From Candidatus Cloacimonadota bacterium (GTDB lineage: Bacteria; Cloacimonadota; Cloacimonadia; Cloacimonadales; TCS61): a stretch of 35,617 nucleotides of DNA. The DNA lies in the NCBI GenBank assembly GCA_034660955.1, contig JAYEKK010000162.1:1-35617 (forward strand), read 5' to 3'. A program made the position numbers and the translations under genes. The notes under the pieces were generated by a model. It was not told the DNA's origin. It searched no databases and saw only the letters and a list, made by a program, of their open reading frames with translations. Positions 27,018-35,617 of this stretch are shown in pieces; the first letter of the stretch is position 1, and the number at the start of each line of letters is the position of its first letter.

Positions 27018-27983
27018 ATGAAAAAATTGAGCATAAAAGAGTTATATGAACTAAAGAAAAAAGATCTTTCACTTTCATTGATCACTCATCCAAATACAAT
27101 GCAGGGTTATATTACTACTTCATTTCTGAATAGACCAGGACTTGCATTAACAGGCTATTTTGACCGATTTGAATATAGCAGAATACAGATATTTGGTGAA
27201 ACTGAGATCAGCTATCTACAATCTCTAAAAGAAGAAGTTCTTTATAATAACATCAAAGAAACACTTGTTTATGATATTCCAGCTATTATTATAACTAAAG
27301 GGCTTTCTGTTCCAAAACAAATAGAATTCCTTGCTAATGAAATGATGATACCGATATTTTCATCAAGATTATCTACAGATAAACTTTTTAATTCTTTACG
27401 AATATATTTACAAAGTGTTTTTGCTGAATCAAAAACAATTCACGGCACATTAATTGATGTTTTTGGGGTTGGAATTCTTTTAACAGGTAAAAGTGGAATT
27501 GGGAAAAGTGAATGCGCACTTGAATTGGTTGAACGCGGTCAACGCATGATAACTGATGATGTAGTAAAGATAACTTCAAAAGATGACATTCTGGTTGGAT
27601 GTGCAACAAATAACTATGGGCACTTTATGGAAGTAAGAGGAATAGGACTTATTGATGTTGCAAAAATGTTTGGGATACAAGCTGTCAAGATGAAGAAAAG
27701 GATCGATGTTCAGGTTGAATTAATGCCCTGGAAAGATAATATGGATTATGAGAGGATCGGATTAAGTAATAATTCTGTAGATATACTTGGAAACAAGATC
27801 CCTATCATCTATCTTCCAATTTCTCCCGGGAAAAATGTTGCAGTCATTATAGAAGTAGTTGCAATGAATCATATTTCTAAATTATTTGGATACGATGCTG
27901 CAAAAGAGTATACGAATATATTGCAAGAAGATCTAAAAAGAAAAGCAAAAATGCGTGAAAAACAGATCGAGGAAAAGAAATAG
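27018..27983 (+). CDS. hprK: HPr(Ser) kinase/phosphorylase
   Basis: NRPGLALTG, RIQIFGETE, Walker A GKSGIGKSECALEL, DD and EVRGIG motifs. Start placed at ATG 27018 after AGGT. Confidence 0.96.
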   Translation: MKKLSIKELYELKKKDLSLSLITHPNTMQGYITTSFLNRPGLALTGYFDRFEYSRIQIFGETEISYLQSLKEEVLYNNIKETLVYDIPAIIITKGLSVPKQIEFLANEMMIPIFSSRLSTDKLFNSLRIYLQSVFAESKTIHGTLIDVFGVGILLTGKSGIGKSECALELVERGQRMITDDVVKITSKDDILVGCATNNYGHFMEVRGIGLIDVAKMFGIQAVKMKKRIDVQVELMPWKDNMDYERIGLSNNSVDILGNKIPIIYLPISPGKNVAVIIEVVAMNHISKLFGYDAAKEYTNILQEDLKRKAKMREKQIEEKK

Positions 27984-28004
27984 ATTAATAGGATTTCAAA
28001 ATAT

Positions 28005-28271
28005 ATGATAAGAAAAACAATAAAGATCGTTAATAAACTAGGAATGCATGCCAGACCGGCTACAATGATCGTGAAGGCTGCTACAAAATATAGATCAGAA
28101 TTTAAAATTGTAAAATCTGATATGGAAATTAATGGGAAAAGCATTATGGGTGTAATGACGTTAGCAGCAGAATTTGGATCGGAACTTGAATTGGTTGCTG
28201 ATGGAGTTGATGAAGAATTTTTAATAAAAGAAATTGCTGAAATGTTCGCAAGCAAATTTGGAGAAGAATAG
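28005..28271 (+). CDS. ptsH: Phosphocarrier protein HPr
   Basis: GMHARPA (His15) and NGKSIMGV (Ser46). Confidence 0.96.
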   Translation: MIRKTIKIVNKLGMHARPATMIVKAATKYRSEFKIVKSDMEINGKSIMGVMTLAAEFGSELELVADGVDEEFLIKEIAEMFASKFGEE

Positions 28272-28276
28272 ATAAA

Positions 28277-29974
28277 GTGAAAAAAATTAAAGGAAATTCA
28301 GTTTCTTCCGGAGTTGCAATCGGTAAGGCAAAGATCATCAAAAAACATGAACTATATATTGAGCGCAAGAAAATCCTGAAAAGAGAAGTAAAACTTGAAC
28401 TTTCCCGTTTTAAAGAAGATGTTGAATTTGTTGTTAATGAATTAGATAAACTTATTCAAGACTTTACATACTCACAAGAAAATAGAGATATATTAGAATC
28501 TCATAAAATGATCTTGAAAGATCCTCATTTCAATAGTAGAATAACAGAACTTATTTCAAAAGAACTGCATAGTTTAGAGCATGCCATTAGCACCTATTTT
28601 ACAGAAGCCGTAGATATTTTTAGTAATATGAATAATAGTTATCTTTCACACAGAGTCAATGATTTCGAAGATATTGCCTACAGATTATTAAGTCATATTA
28701 TGGATGAACGAAAAGATATTTTGGTAGGTGTTGATGAAAACTCAATTCTGTTGATGGAGAATATTTCCCCTTCTTTTGTGACCAAAGTTTTTGATAAAAA
28801 TATTCAGGGTTTATGTACAGAACGGGGCAGTAGAAATTCGCACAGTAGTATTATCGCCCGTTCCATGAATCTTCCAATGCTGGTGAATACACTTGGTTTA
28901 TTAGGAAATATTAAAGATGGAGAAGATCTGATCATCGATGGGAATGATGGTTATGTAATTATTTCTCCTACAAAAAAAGTGTTAGAAAAGTATCAAGCGA
29001 TTTACAAAGAAGAACAGAATGTTCAAAAAGAACTTCTTAAATTGATCGATGTTGAATCCATTACAAAAGATGGGAAAGAGATCAAATTAATGAGCAATAT
29101 AGAAATCCCGCAAGAGATCGATCAGGTTATAAAATATAATAGTGCTGGAATTGGTTTGTTCAGAACAGAATTTTTATTCATGGATCGGGAAGATCTTCCC
29201 ACTGAAGAAGAACAATATAAAATATATAAAAATATTGCAGAGCAATGTAAACCTAATTCCGTGATCATTCGTACTATTGATGTTGGTGGTGATAAACTTT
29301 CCAATATTTTAAATATTACACATGAAGAGAACCCAAATTTGGGTTATCGTGGTATTAGAATTTCTTTGCAGAATGTTCCAATTTTCAAGCAGCAGATAAA
29401 AGCTATTTTACGAGCAAATATTCACGGAAATATCAAGATCATGTTTCCAATGATATCCGGTGTAGATGAATTATTAAAAGTGAAAGAAATTATTGAGATT
29501 TGCAGCAAAGAACTGATTAATACAGGAATTGCTTTTAATGCAAATATGGAACTTGGTGCGATGATTGAGATCCCATCTGCCGTTATTACTTCAGATTCAA
29601 TTGCAGAGGAATGTGATTTCTTAAGTATTGGAACGAACGACCTAATTCAGTATACTTTGGCAGTTGACAGGGACAATCAATCAATTTCAGAATATTATAA
29701 ACCATTACATCCGGCAGTGATCAGATCTCTAAAAATGACCATTGATAATGCACATAAAATGGGTAAGAAAGTTGCTGTTTGCGGTGAGATGGCTTCCGAG
29801 AAAAAATATGTAAAACTTCTCCTGGCACTTGGAGTTGATGAACTCAGCGTAAGCCCGGGAAGATTATTGATCATTAAAAAAGAAATTATTGATTGTGATA
29901 TTACTGAAATGAAATCAAAATTAGATAGAATTTTAGCATGTAAAACTTCAAAAGAAATTGATAAATTACTTTAG
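28277..29974 (+). CDS. ptsI: PTS enzyme I
   Basis: [13 protein letters not shown] (phospho-His), [25 protein letters not shown] and VCGEMA motifs. Confidence 0.96.
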   Translation: MKKIKGNSVSSGVAIGKAKIIKKHELYIERKKILKREVKLELSRFKEDVEFVVNELDKLIQDFTYSQENRDILESHKMILKDPHFNSRITELISKELHSLEHAISTYFTEAVDIFSNMNNSYLSHRVNDFEDIAYRLLSHIMDERKDILVGVDENSILLMENISPSFVTKVFDKNIQGLCTERGSRNSHSSIIARSMNLPMLVNTLGLLGNIKDGEDLIIDGNDGYVIISPTKKVLEKYQAIYKEEQNVQKELLKLIDVESITKDGKEIKLMSNIEIPQEIDQVIKYNSAGIGLFRTEFLFMDREDLPTEEEQYKIYKNIAEQCKPNSVIIRTIDVGGDKLSNILNITHEENPNLGYRGIRISLQNVPIFKQQIKAILRANIHGNIKIMFPMISGVDELLKVKEIIEICSKELINTGIAFNANMELGAMIEIPSAVITSDSIAEECDFLSIGTNDLIQYTLAVDRDNQSISEYYKPLHPAVIRSLKMTIDNAHKMGKKVAVCGEMASEKKYVKLLLALGVDELSVSPGRLLIIKKEIIDCDITEMKSKLDRILACKTSKEIDKLL

Positions 29975-29991
29975 TATTAAAAGGATACAAT

Positions 29992-31161
29992 ATGAAAAAT
30001 GAGAAACATTTATTCACTTCCGAATCTGTTACGGAAGGTCATCCTGATAAGATGGCTGATCAGATATCGGATGCAATATTAGATGCAATACTAAGATGTG
30101 ACCCGGAAGCACGTGTTGCTTGCGAAACCTTCCTTACAACGGGTATGGCACTTGTGGGTGGAGAAATAACAACAACATGTTACGTGGATATTCCTAAGAT
30201 AATACGAAACACGATCAAAGAAATCGGTTATACAAATTCAGATTATGGGATGGATTATCAAACTTGTGCAGTGATTACAACAATCGATAAACAATCTTCG
30301 GATATTGCACTTGGAGTTGATGAATATGAAGAGCATGAACAGGGTGCCGGAGATCAGGGAATGATGTTTGGATATGCCTGTAATGAAACTCCTGAATTAA
30401 TGCCGATGACTACAGCATTTGCCCATAAGCTCGCTCAAAGATTAGCAAAAGTTCGTAAGGACGGCACACTTAAATATCTTCGACCTGATGGTAAAACTCA
30501 GGTAACAATCGAATATATTAATAACAAACCAAAAAGAGTCGATGCAGTTGTTGTATCTACACAACATGCTTCCGCAATTGAACATGATCAGATCGAAAAA
30601 GATATTATTGAAAATGTGATCAAACCGGTTATTCCAACTGAACTGATTGATGAAAATACTAAATTCTTTGTAAATCCAACCGGTAGATTTGTTCTTGGCG
30701 GACCGCATGCAGATACCGGGCTTACAGGTAGGAAGATCATTGTGGATACTTATGGTGGAAAGGGAAGTCACGGCGGCGGAGCCTTCAGTGGAAAAGATCC
30801 TTCCAAAGTTGATAGAAGCGCATCTTATATGGCACGATACATCGCCAAGAATATTGTAGCAGCAAAGCTTGCCGATGAATGTGAAGTGCAGCTTGCATAT
30901 GCCATTGGGGTTGCTGATCCCGTTTCTGTAATGGTTGATACATTTAATTCGGGGAAGATATCCGATATTGAATTGAATAAGATCGTGAGAGAAATATTCC
31001 CACTAAAACCACATCAGATAATTAATTATCTTCAACTTAAAAGACCAATCTATAAAAAAACTGCAGCTTATGGTCATTTTGGCAGAGAACTCCCGGAGTT
31101 TACTTGGGAAAAAACAGATATGATAGAAAAGCTAAATGAAATATCAAAAAAATATTTATGA
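29992..31161 (+). CDS. metK: S-adenosylmethionine synthetase
   Basis: [19 protein letters not shown] and [16 protein letters not shown] motifs. Confidence 0.98.
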   Translation: MKNEKHLFTSESVTEGHPDKMADQISDAILDAILRCDPEARVACETFLTTGMALVGGEITTTCYVDIPKIIRNTIKEIGYTNSDYGMDYQTCAVITTIDKQSSDIALGVDEYEEHEQGAGDQGMMFGYACNETPELMPMTTAFAHKLAQRLAKVRKDGTLKYLRPDGKTQVTIEYINNKPKRVDAVVVSTQHASAIEHDQIEKDIIENVIKPVIPTELIDENTKFFVNPTGRFVLGGPHADTGLTGRKIIVDTYGGKGSHGGGAFSGKDPSKVDRSASYMARYIAKNIVAAKLADECEVQLAYAIGVADPVSVMVDTFNSGKISDIELNKIVREIFPLKPHQIINYLQLKRPIYKKTAAYGHFGRELPEFTWEKTDMIEKLNEISKKYL

Positions 31162-31195
31162 CCAAATAAAAGAATTTTGAAATTAATAAAATTAT

Positions 31196-31227
31196 ATAAA
31201 CCGCTGTTAATGGTGGTTTATTTTTTT
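31196..31227 (+). terminator. Intrinsic terminator after metK
   Basis: ATAAACCGC...GTGGTTTAT stem (with a G-U pair) followed by a T-run. Confidence 0.7.
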
Positions 31228-31377
31228 ACATAAATTTATATACTTTAATTATGATAAAATAATTTGACCAATAATCCAGATAATATTTTTTAGTAAAGCA
31301 AGTATGAGGTAAGAAATTTACAAAAATTTAAAAACATAAGTATCTCGAACTAGAAATATCTAAACCAGGAATGGGGA

Positions 31378-32313
31378 ATGCAAAAAAGTTTGAAAACTGA
31401 GTTTTTGGGTATAACTATAACCTCACCGCTTGTGTTACCGGCAGGTGTGATGGGTATGGCATTTTCCGGTTTTAATATATCTATTAAAAATGGCGCAGGA
31501 ATTGTAACAAGTAAATCACTAACATTAGAACCAAGATCAGGGCATAAAGGACCCGTAGTTGCGGAATTTGAGGGTGGTTTATTAAACTGTATGGGATTGT
31601 GTAATCCCGGCATTATAGATGGTCTTGCCGAAATAGACCAATTTAAAAAACGCTCCGATATTCCAGTTATTGCGAGCGTTTTTGCTACAAATACAGAGGA
31701 CTTCCTATCATTAACTAAACATGTTAATAAATCAAAATCTGACTTCCTTGAACTGAATCTGTCCTGCCCTAATGTATTTGATGAATTTGGGATTCCGTTG
31801 GCAGCTTCACAAGAAGAAGTTCATAATATTGTTAAGGCAGTAAAACAGGTTTCAAAACTTCCGGTTATTGCTAAACTTTCTCCAAATGTTTATGATATTG
31901 TATCCATCGCAAAAGCTGCAGAATCTGCAGGGGCTGATGCTTTATGTATGATAAATACAGTAGGACCAGGAATGCTTATTGATACAAAAATGATAAAACC
32001 TGTCCTCTATAATAAATTTGGTGGTCTTTCCGGACCTTGTATAAAACCAATTGCACTCAAACTTATCTACCAAACATATTCTGCTGTACATATTCCAATT
32101 ATTGGAATGGGTGGAGTAACTTATGGTGAAGATGCAATACAGTTGTTAATGGCAGGTGCAGATGTAATTGGAGTTGGAACTGCTGTTCATTATCGTGGAA
32201 TTGAAGTCTTTAATAAGATCAATATGGAAATCTTAGAGTTCATGGAAGAGAATAAGTATAAGAGTTTGAAAGATATTCCAAAGTTAGAAAAAATTAGAAA
32301 TGTGAAATGTTAA
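31378..32313 (+). CDS. pyrD: Dihydroorotate dehydrogenase, class 1B catalytic subunit
   Basis: NCMGLCNPG, ELNLSCPNV, AKLSPN, INT, GGLSGP and IIGMGG motifs. Followed by pyrK. Confidence 0.94.
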   Translation: MQKSLKTEFLGITITSPLVLPAGVMGMAFSGFNISIKNGAGIVTSKSLTLEPRSGHKGPVVAEFEGGLLNCMGLCNPGIIDGLAEIDQFKKRSDIPVIASVFATNTEDFLSLTKHVNKSKSDFLELNLSCPNVFDEFGIPLAASQEEVHNIVKAVKQVSKLPVIAKLSPNVYDIVSIAKAAESAGADALCMINTVGPGMLIDTKMIKPVLYNKFGGLSGPCIKPIALKLIYQTYSAVHIPIIGMGGVTYGEDAIQLLMAGADVIGVGTAVHYRGIEVFNKINMEILEFMEENKYKSLKDIPKLEKIRNVKC

Positions 32314-32320
32314 AGTAGAA

Positions 32321-32545
32321 ATGGAAAAGAAAAATATTATTCAAAAGCAGACATACATTCTGGTTACAAAGTTGCACTTCGTAACGCAATTGAAGGCGAA
32401 GTTCAACTTCGCGAGAAAAAATGTTCCCAAGTTTAATTTGGGAACAAGATATAAAAGAACGAGTGATAGAATAACACAAATATTTAATGTTGACTTTGCA
32501 ATGCAAAACGACATATTCATTTATTGTTTGTGTAAGGAATCTTGA
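32321..32545 (+). CDS. Putative 74-aa linker ORF containing a triple-hairpin repeat
   Basis: Starts 8 nt after the pyrD stop, and its TGA overlaps the pyrK ATG (TGATG). Shares a repeat-derived peptide with 33348-33590. Confidence 0.35.
   Translation: MEKKNIIQKQTYILVTKLHFVTQLKAKFNFARKNVPKFNLGTRYKRTSDRITQIFNVDFAMQNDIFIYCLCKES
32360..32448. repeat. Triple-hairpin REP-like element, copy A
   Basis: Hairpins GTTACAAAGT-TGC-ACTTCGTAAC (32363-32385), GCGAAGTT-C-AACTTCGC (32396-32412) and TGTTCCCAAG-TTTAA-TTTGGGAACA (32422-32446). Confidence 0.85.
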
Positions 32546-33351
32546 TGGATAGAAGATATACAATAAGAATAGATAAAATAGTTGAAGAAACACCTGACAT
32601 TAAAACATTCACATTTAAACATACTCTTGGTGCAAAACCAGGACAGTTCATTATGCTCACGGATTTCGAAGGAGGAGAGAAACCTTTCTCACTATCTAAT
32701 TGCTCAAAAGAGGAATTTTCCATAACTGTAAAAAGGATAGGTGAGTTCACAACTCGCCTTTTCCAAAAGTGCGTCGGGGATTATGTTTCAATAAGAGGTG
32801 CTTACGGCTCCTCTTTTTTTGTATCAAAAAACAAGGTTCTGCTGGTTGGTGGTGGATATGCTGTTCCAACATTCTATTTCTTTGCTAAAGTGTTATTGGA
32901 AGCGGGAACAGACGTCACATTGATTAATGGAGCACGAACAAAAGCTGAACATGTCTTTGCTGATAGATTCAATGAATTAGATATAAGAGTAATCAATTCA
33001 ACTGATGACGGTACTTTTGGTGAAAAGGGAACTGCTGTAGATGTTGCACAAAAAATTATGTCTCAAGATAAATTCGATTTTTTCTATGCATCAGGACCGG
33101 AAATGATGATGAAAGCGTTGCAGAATACTCTGCAGGGTCAAGGTCAAGATCAAGGTCGAGATTTGGATTATGAATTCCTTTTTGAGAGATATATGAAATG
33201 TGCGATCGGAATTTGCGGGAATTGCACAATGGATCCGATCGGATTAAGACTTTGTGTGGAAGGACCTGTACTTCCAAAAGAGAAAATAGAACAAATTACC
33301 GAATTTGGTAAATATCATCGTGATGCATCAGGAAAGAGGATAAAATATTGA
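32545..33351 (+). CDS. pyrK: Dihydroorotate dehydrogenase electron-transfer subunit
   Basis: PGQFIML, KPFSLS, RGAYG, VGGG, TDDG and the 2Fe-2S motif CAIGICGNC...CVEGPV. ATG at 32545 follows AAGGA. Confidence 0.93.
   Translation: MDRRYTIRIDKIVEETPDIKTFTFKHTLGAKPGQFIMLTDFEGGEKPFSLSNCSKEEFSITVKRIGEFTTRLFQKCVGDYVSIRGAYGSSFFVSKNKVLLVGGGYAVPTFYFFAKVLLEAGTDVTLINGARTKAEHVFADRFNELDIRVINSTDDGTFGEKGTAVDVAQKIMSQDKFDFFYASGPEMMMKALQNTLQGQGQDQGRDLDYEFLFERYMKCAIGICGNCTMDPIGLRLCVEGPVLPKEKIEQITEFGKYHRDASGKRIKY
33133..33162 (+). repeat. In-frame hexamer tandem repeat within pyrK (QGQGQDQGRD)
   Basis: CAGGGT CAAGGT CAAGAT CAAGGT CGAGAT. Confidence 0.75.
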
Positions 33352-33590
33352 AAATTGAATATTTAGAATTTAGAATTTACCACAGAGTTTACAGAAAGCA
33401 CGGAGATAATTCTTTGTCTTTGCGAGGTTTCTTGCAAAGTGTTCAACCGAAGCAATCTTGTTTCTCACTAGTTACGAAGTTAAACTTCGCAAGAAAGTGT
33501 GTTCCCAAGTTCAACTTAGGAACAAGTAAAAGTAACTCAAACATCCTGTTTGAGAAAAAAGAACAATCAGGAATGATTGTGATACGGTAA
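33348..33590 (+). CDS. Putative 80-aa linker ORF made of stacked repeat fragments
   Basis: TTG start overlaps the pyrK TGA (TTGA). Its TAA ends 2 nt before the pyrC ATG. Confidence 0.35.
   Translation: MKIEYLEFRIYHRVYRKHGDNSLSLRGFLQSVQPKQSCFSLVTKLNFARKCVPKFNLGTSKSNSNILFEKKEQSGMIVIR
33468..33526. repeat. REP-like element, copy B (30-bp internal deletion relative to copy A)
   Basis: CTAGTTACGAAGTTAAACTTCGCAAGAAAGTGTGTTCCCAAGTTCAACTTAGGAACAAG aligns to copy A with hairpins 1 and 2 fused. Confidence 0.85.
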
Positions 33591-33592
33591 AA

Positions 33593-34870
33593 ATGAAAAT
33601 TTTATTAATAAATTGTAAACTTATCGAAGGATTGAGAGACATCATCATCAAAGATGATAAAATAGTTAATGTTTATTCGAGTTGTAAGAAACGCGAAACA
33701 GACTTCGATCAAGTTATCGATATAAAAAACAAACTGGTTATTCCGGGGATGATAGATGCTCATGTTCACGTTCGTGATTTAAAACAGAACGAAAAAGAAG
33801 ACTGGAATTCTGGAAGTCATGCAGCTTTGGCAGGTGGAGTAACGACCATTTTCGATATGCCAAACACAATTCCTGCAACTACAAATTTGAAGAACCTGAA
33901 CGATAAAAGAGAAGTAGCCAAGAAAGCAAAAGTAAATTATAAATTTCATCTGGGTGCAACTGAAAATAACCTGCAGGATTTAGGAGAAATTTTAAAGGAT
34001 AAACCAACCGACATTGCAGGGATCAAACTCTTTCTAGCTGGTTCCAGCTCAAATGAAGTTGTTGCTGATGAAAGTAAAATAAAGGATATATTCCAACTTG
34101 CAAAGAAATTTAATAAAGTAGTTCTCGTTCATACGGAATTGCAAAAATGTTTAGATAAATGGCAAAAAATGATTGAAGATAAATCTATTCAAAATCACGA
34201 TATAATTAGAAATAGAGAATGCGCAATTAAAGGAACCAGATTGGTTTTACGACTAGCAAATGAAATTGGAAACAAACTCTATATCTGTCATGTTTCAACA
34301 AAAGAAGAGATCGAATTGATAAAGAAATATAAAAACAAGAATATTTTCTGTGAAGTCACTCCTCATCATCTTACACTCGAAAAGAGCATTCTGGATTTGG
34401 TTGGGAACTTTGGTAAAGTAAATCCACCTTTACGTACAAGCGAAGATAATCAAGTACTTTGGGAAGCGATACTAGATGGAACTATCGATTGTGTAGGAAG
34501 TGATCATGCTCCGCATACAATTGATGAAAAGATCGAAGATTATATAAATGCACCCTCCGGTTTTCCCGGACTCGAAACAACTTTGCCAATTCTTATCACA
34601 GAATTTAAAGAACGTAAAATTCCATTAAAGAAATTAGTTGAACTTACAAGTAAAAAGCCTGCAGAAATGTTTAGTTTTGAAAATCGTGGGAAAATTGAAG
34701 AAGGATATTATGCGGATCTAACAGTAATAAATACAGAAAATGAATATCCAATAATTGCTGAGCTGTTTCAAAGTAAGGCAAAATACTCACCGTTCGATGG
34801 AAGGATGATTAAAGCGCAGATAGATATGGTTTTTGTTAATGGAAAAATTGTTGAATTCAACGCAGAATGA
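33593..34870 (+). CDS. pyrC: Dihydroorotase
   Basis: PGMIDAHVHVRD, GGVTTIFDMPNT, CEVTPHHL, KVNPPLR and GSDHAPH motifs in a pyr operon context. Confidence 0.93.
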   Translation: MKILLINCKLIEGLRDIIIKDDKIVNVYSSCKKRETDFDQVIDIKNKLVIPGMIDAHVHVRDLKQNEKEDWNSGSHAALAGGVTTIFDMPNTIPATTNLKNLNDKREVAKKAKVNYKFHLGATENNLQDLGEILKDKPTDIAGIKLFLAGSSSNEVVADESKIKDIFQLAKKFNKVVLVHTELQKCLDKWQKMIEDKSIQNHDIIRNRECAIKGTRLVLRLANEIGNKLYICHVSTKEEIELIKKYKNKNIFCEVTPHHLTLEKSILDLVGNFGKVNPPLRTSEDNQVLWEAILDGTIDCVGSDHAPHTIDEKIEDYINAPSGFPGLETTLPILITEFKERKIPLKKLVELTSKKPAEMFSFENRGKIEEGYYADLTVINTENEYPIIAELFQSKAKYSPFDGRMIKAQIDMVFVNGKIVEFNAE

Positions 34871-34893
34871 CGCTGATGTGATATGATAGAGAT

Positions 34894-35580
34894 ATGAAAA
34901 AGAAATTTAGAAAGAATGAAATCATAATACATAACGGGAATAAATTCATCCATTTGGATGAAGATTCTCACACAATAGGGAATTGTGAAAGAATTGCAAA
35001 ACAGATTAAGGAGCTATTACCTGATATTATTATGTTTGAGTTACCTCGGCAAAAAAATCCATTTGAGATTTTGAATACACAAAGACCAAATCAGAAATCA
35101 GAAAATTTGATTAAGAATATTAAGAGAAACAGCAAACAAGCTAGAGGAAATTTTGAAATAATCTATGAAACGATTGAAAGAATTTGGCTTGAAAAACAGC
35201 ATCAAGTATTGCTTTTTAGATTTGATGCTCCTCTTGAATTAACATCAAATTGTATCACTTTGCCTAATGATTGGCAAATAGAAGGAATTGTTTGGAATTA
35301 TTTACGGGAAAAATATATGACTCAGTTTATCAATGAAAATAATGATTTATTTATAGGTAGAAAAACCGTAATTCAATGTCATAATCACCATTGGAAGAAT
35401 ATTAAATTTTTATTAAAAAATCCTTCAGTTAAAATGATTTGGAAACATTACTTTGTTGATTTTGCGAAATCGATTAATGTAGAAACATATTCTATTGAAA
35501 AGATGTTGAATATCTTAAAAAAAAATAAACGAGATACTTTGTTAAAATATTGGAAATTAATGAGTGATCTTAATGAGTAA
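34894..35580 (+). CDS. Hypothetical protein, possible TraB/PrgY/GumN (Tiki) superfamily
   Basis: Motif order DSH ... PDIIMFELP ... FD ... LREKYM ... VIQCHNHHW resembles the H / E / D / R / H core of TraB-like proteins. Resemblance only. Confidence 0.5.
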   Translation: MKKKFRKNEIIIHNGNKFIHLDEDSHTIGNCERIAKQIKELLPDIIMFELPRQKNPFEILNTQRPNQKSENLIKNIKRNSKQARGNFEIIYETIERIWLEKQHQVLLFRFDAPLELTSNCITLPNDWQIEGIVWNYLREKYMTQFINENNDLFIGRKTVIQCHNHHWKNIKFLLKNPSVKMIWKHYFVDFAKSINVETYSIEKMLNILKKNKRDTLLKYWKLMSDLNE

Positions 35581-35617
35581 TATCCAATAAAGAATTTTTT
35601 ATGTATATTGTGAAAAA

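Noticed and set aside
18690-31377. Sigma-54 (-24/-12) promoters near rpoN
   Set aside because: No intergenic TGGCAC-N5-TTGC match was found by eye. The TGGCAC hits are inside ptsI and metK and lack the -12 element.
31228-31377. PyrR attenuator or riboswitch upstream of pyrD
   Set aside because: No PyrR-binding loop or terminator/antiterminator pair is visible. The region is simply AT-rich.
340-34971. Many 60-130 aa ORFs antisense to or nested in long genes
   Set aside because: They are shadows of well-supported CDSs with no independent motifs or start signals.

Overview
AT-rich bacterial chromosomal window from a diderm (kdsA/kdsC/lpt/lpxH present). The gene content, with HprK/HPr/EI next to rpoN, would fit a lineage such as Cloacimonadota, but that is inference only. 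Left to right: (1) the 3' part of a TamB-like gene; (2) a ~11.6 kb minus-strand signalling operon with two paralogous exported TPR histidine kinases, a receiver-PAS-kinase hybrid, a 1524-aa PAS/GAF HisKA_2 kinase and a single-domain receiver, preceded by a 27-codon relic of a third kinase copy; (3) a P-loop NTPase, an exported 5'-nucleotidase-like protein, a DUF559 nuclease between two ~123-bp palindromic direct repeats, and xerC; (4) ppi-lpxH-DUF4159 on the minus strand; (5) kdsA-kdsC-lptC-lptA-like-lptB-rpoN-lpdA-lipA-hpf-hprK-ptsH-ptsI-metK; (6) pyrD-pyrK-pyrC and a TraB/GumN-like gene. The most unusual signal is in the operon-internal spacers filled with palindromic or short-period repeats. 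Each is spanned by stop-free mini-ORFs that start at or near the upstream stop and end at or near the downstream start, including a chain of three exact ATGA overlaps from DUF559 to xerC. This suggests 'translation-transparent' repeat insertions. No rRNA, tRNA, CRISPR array or transposase was seen.
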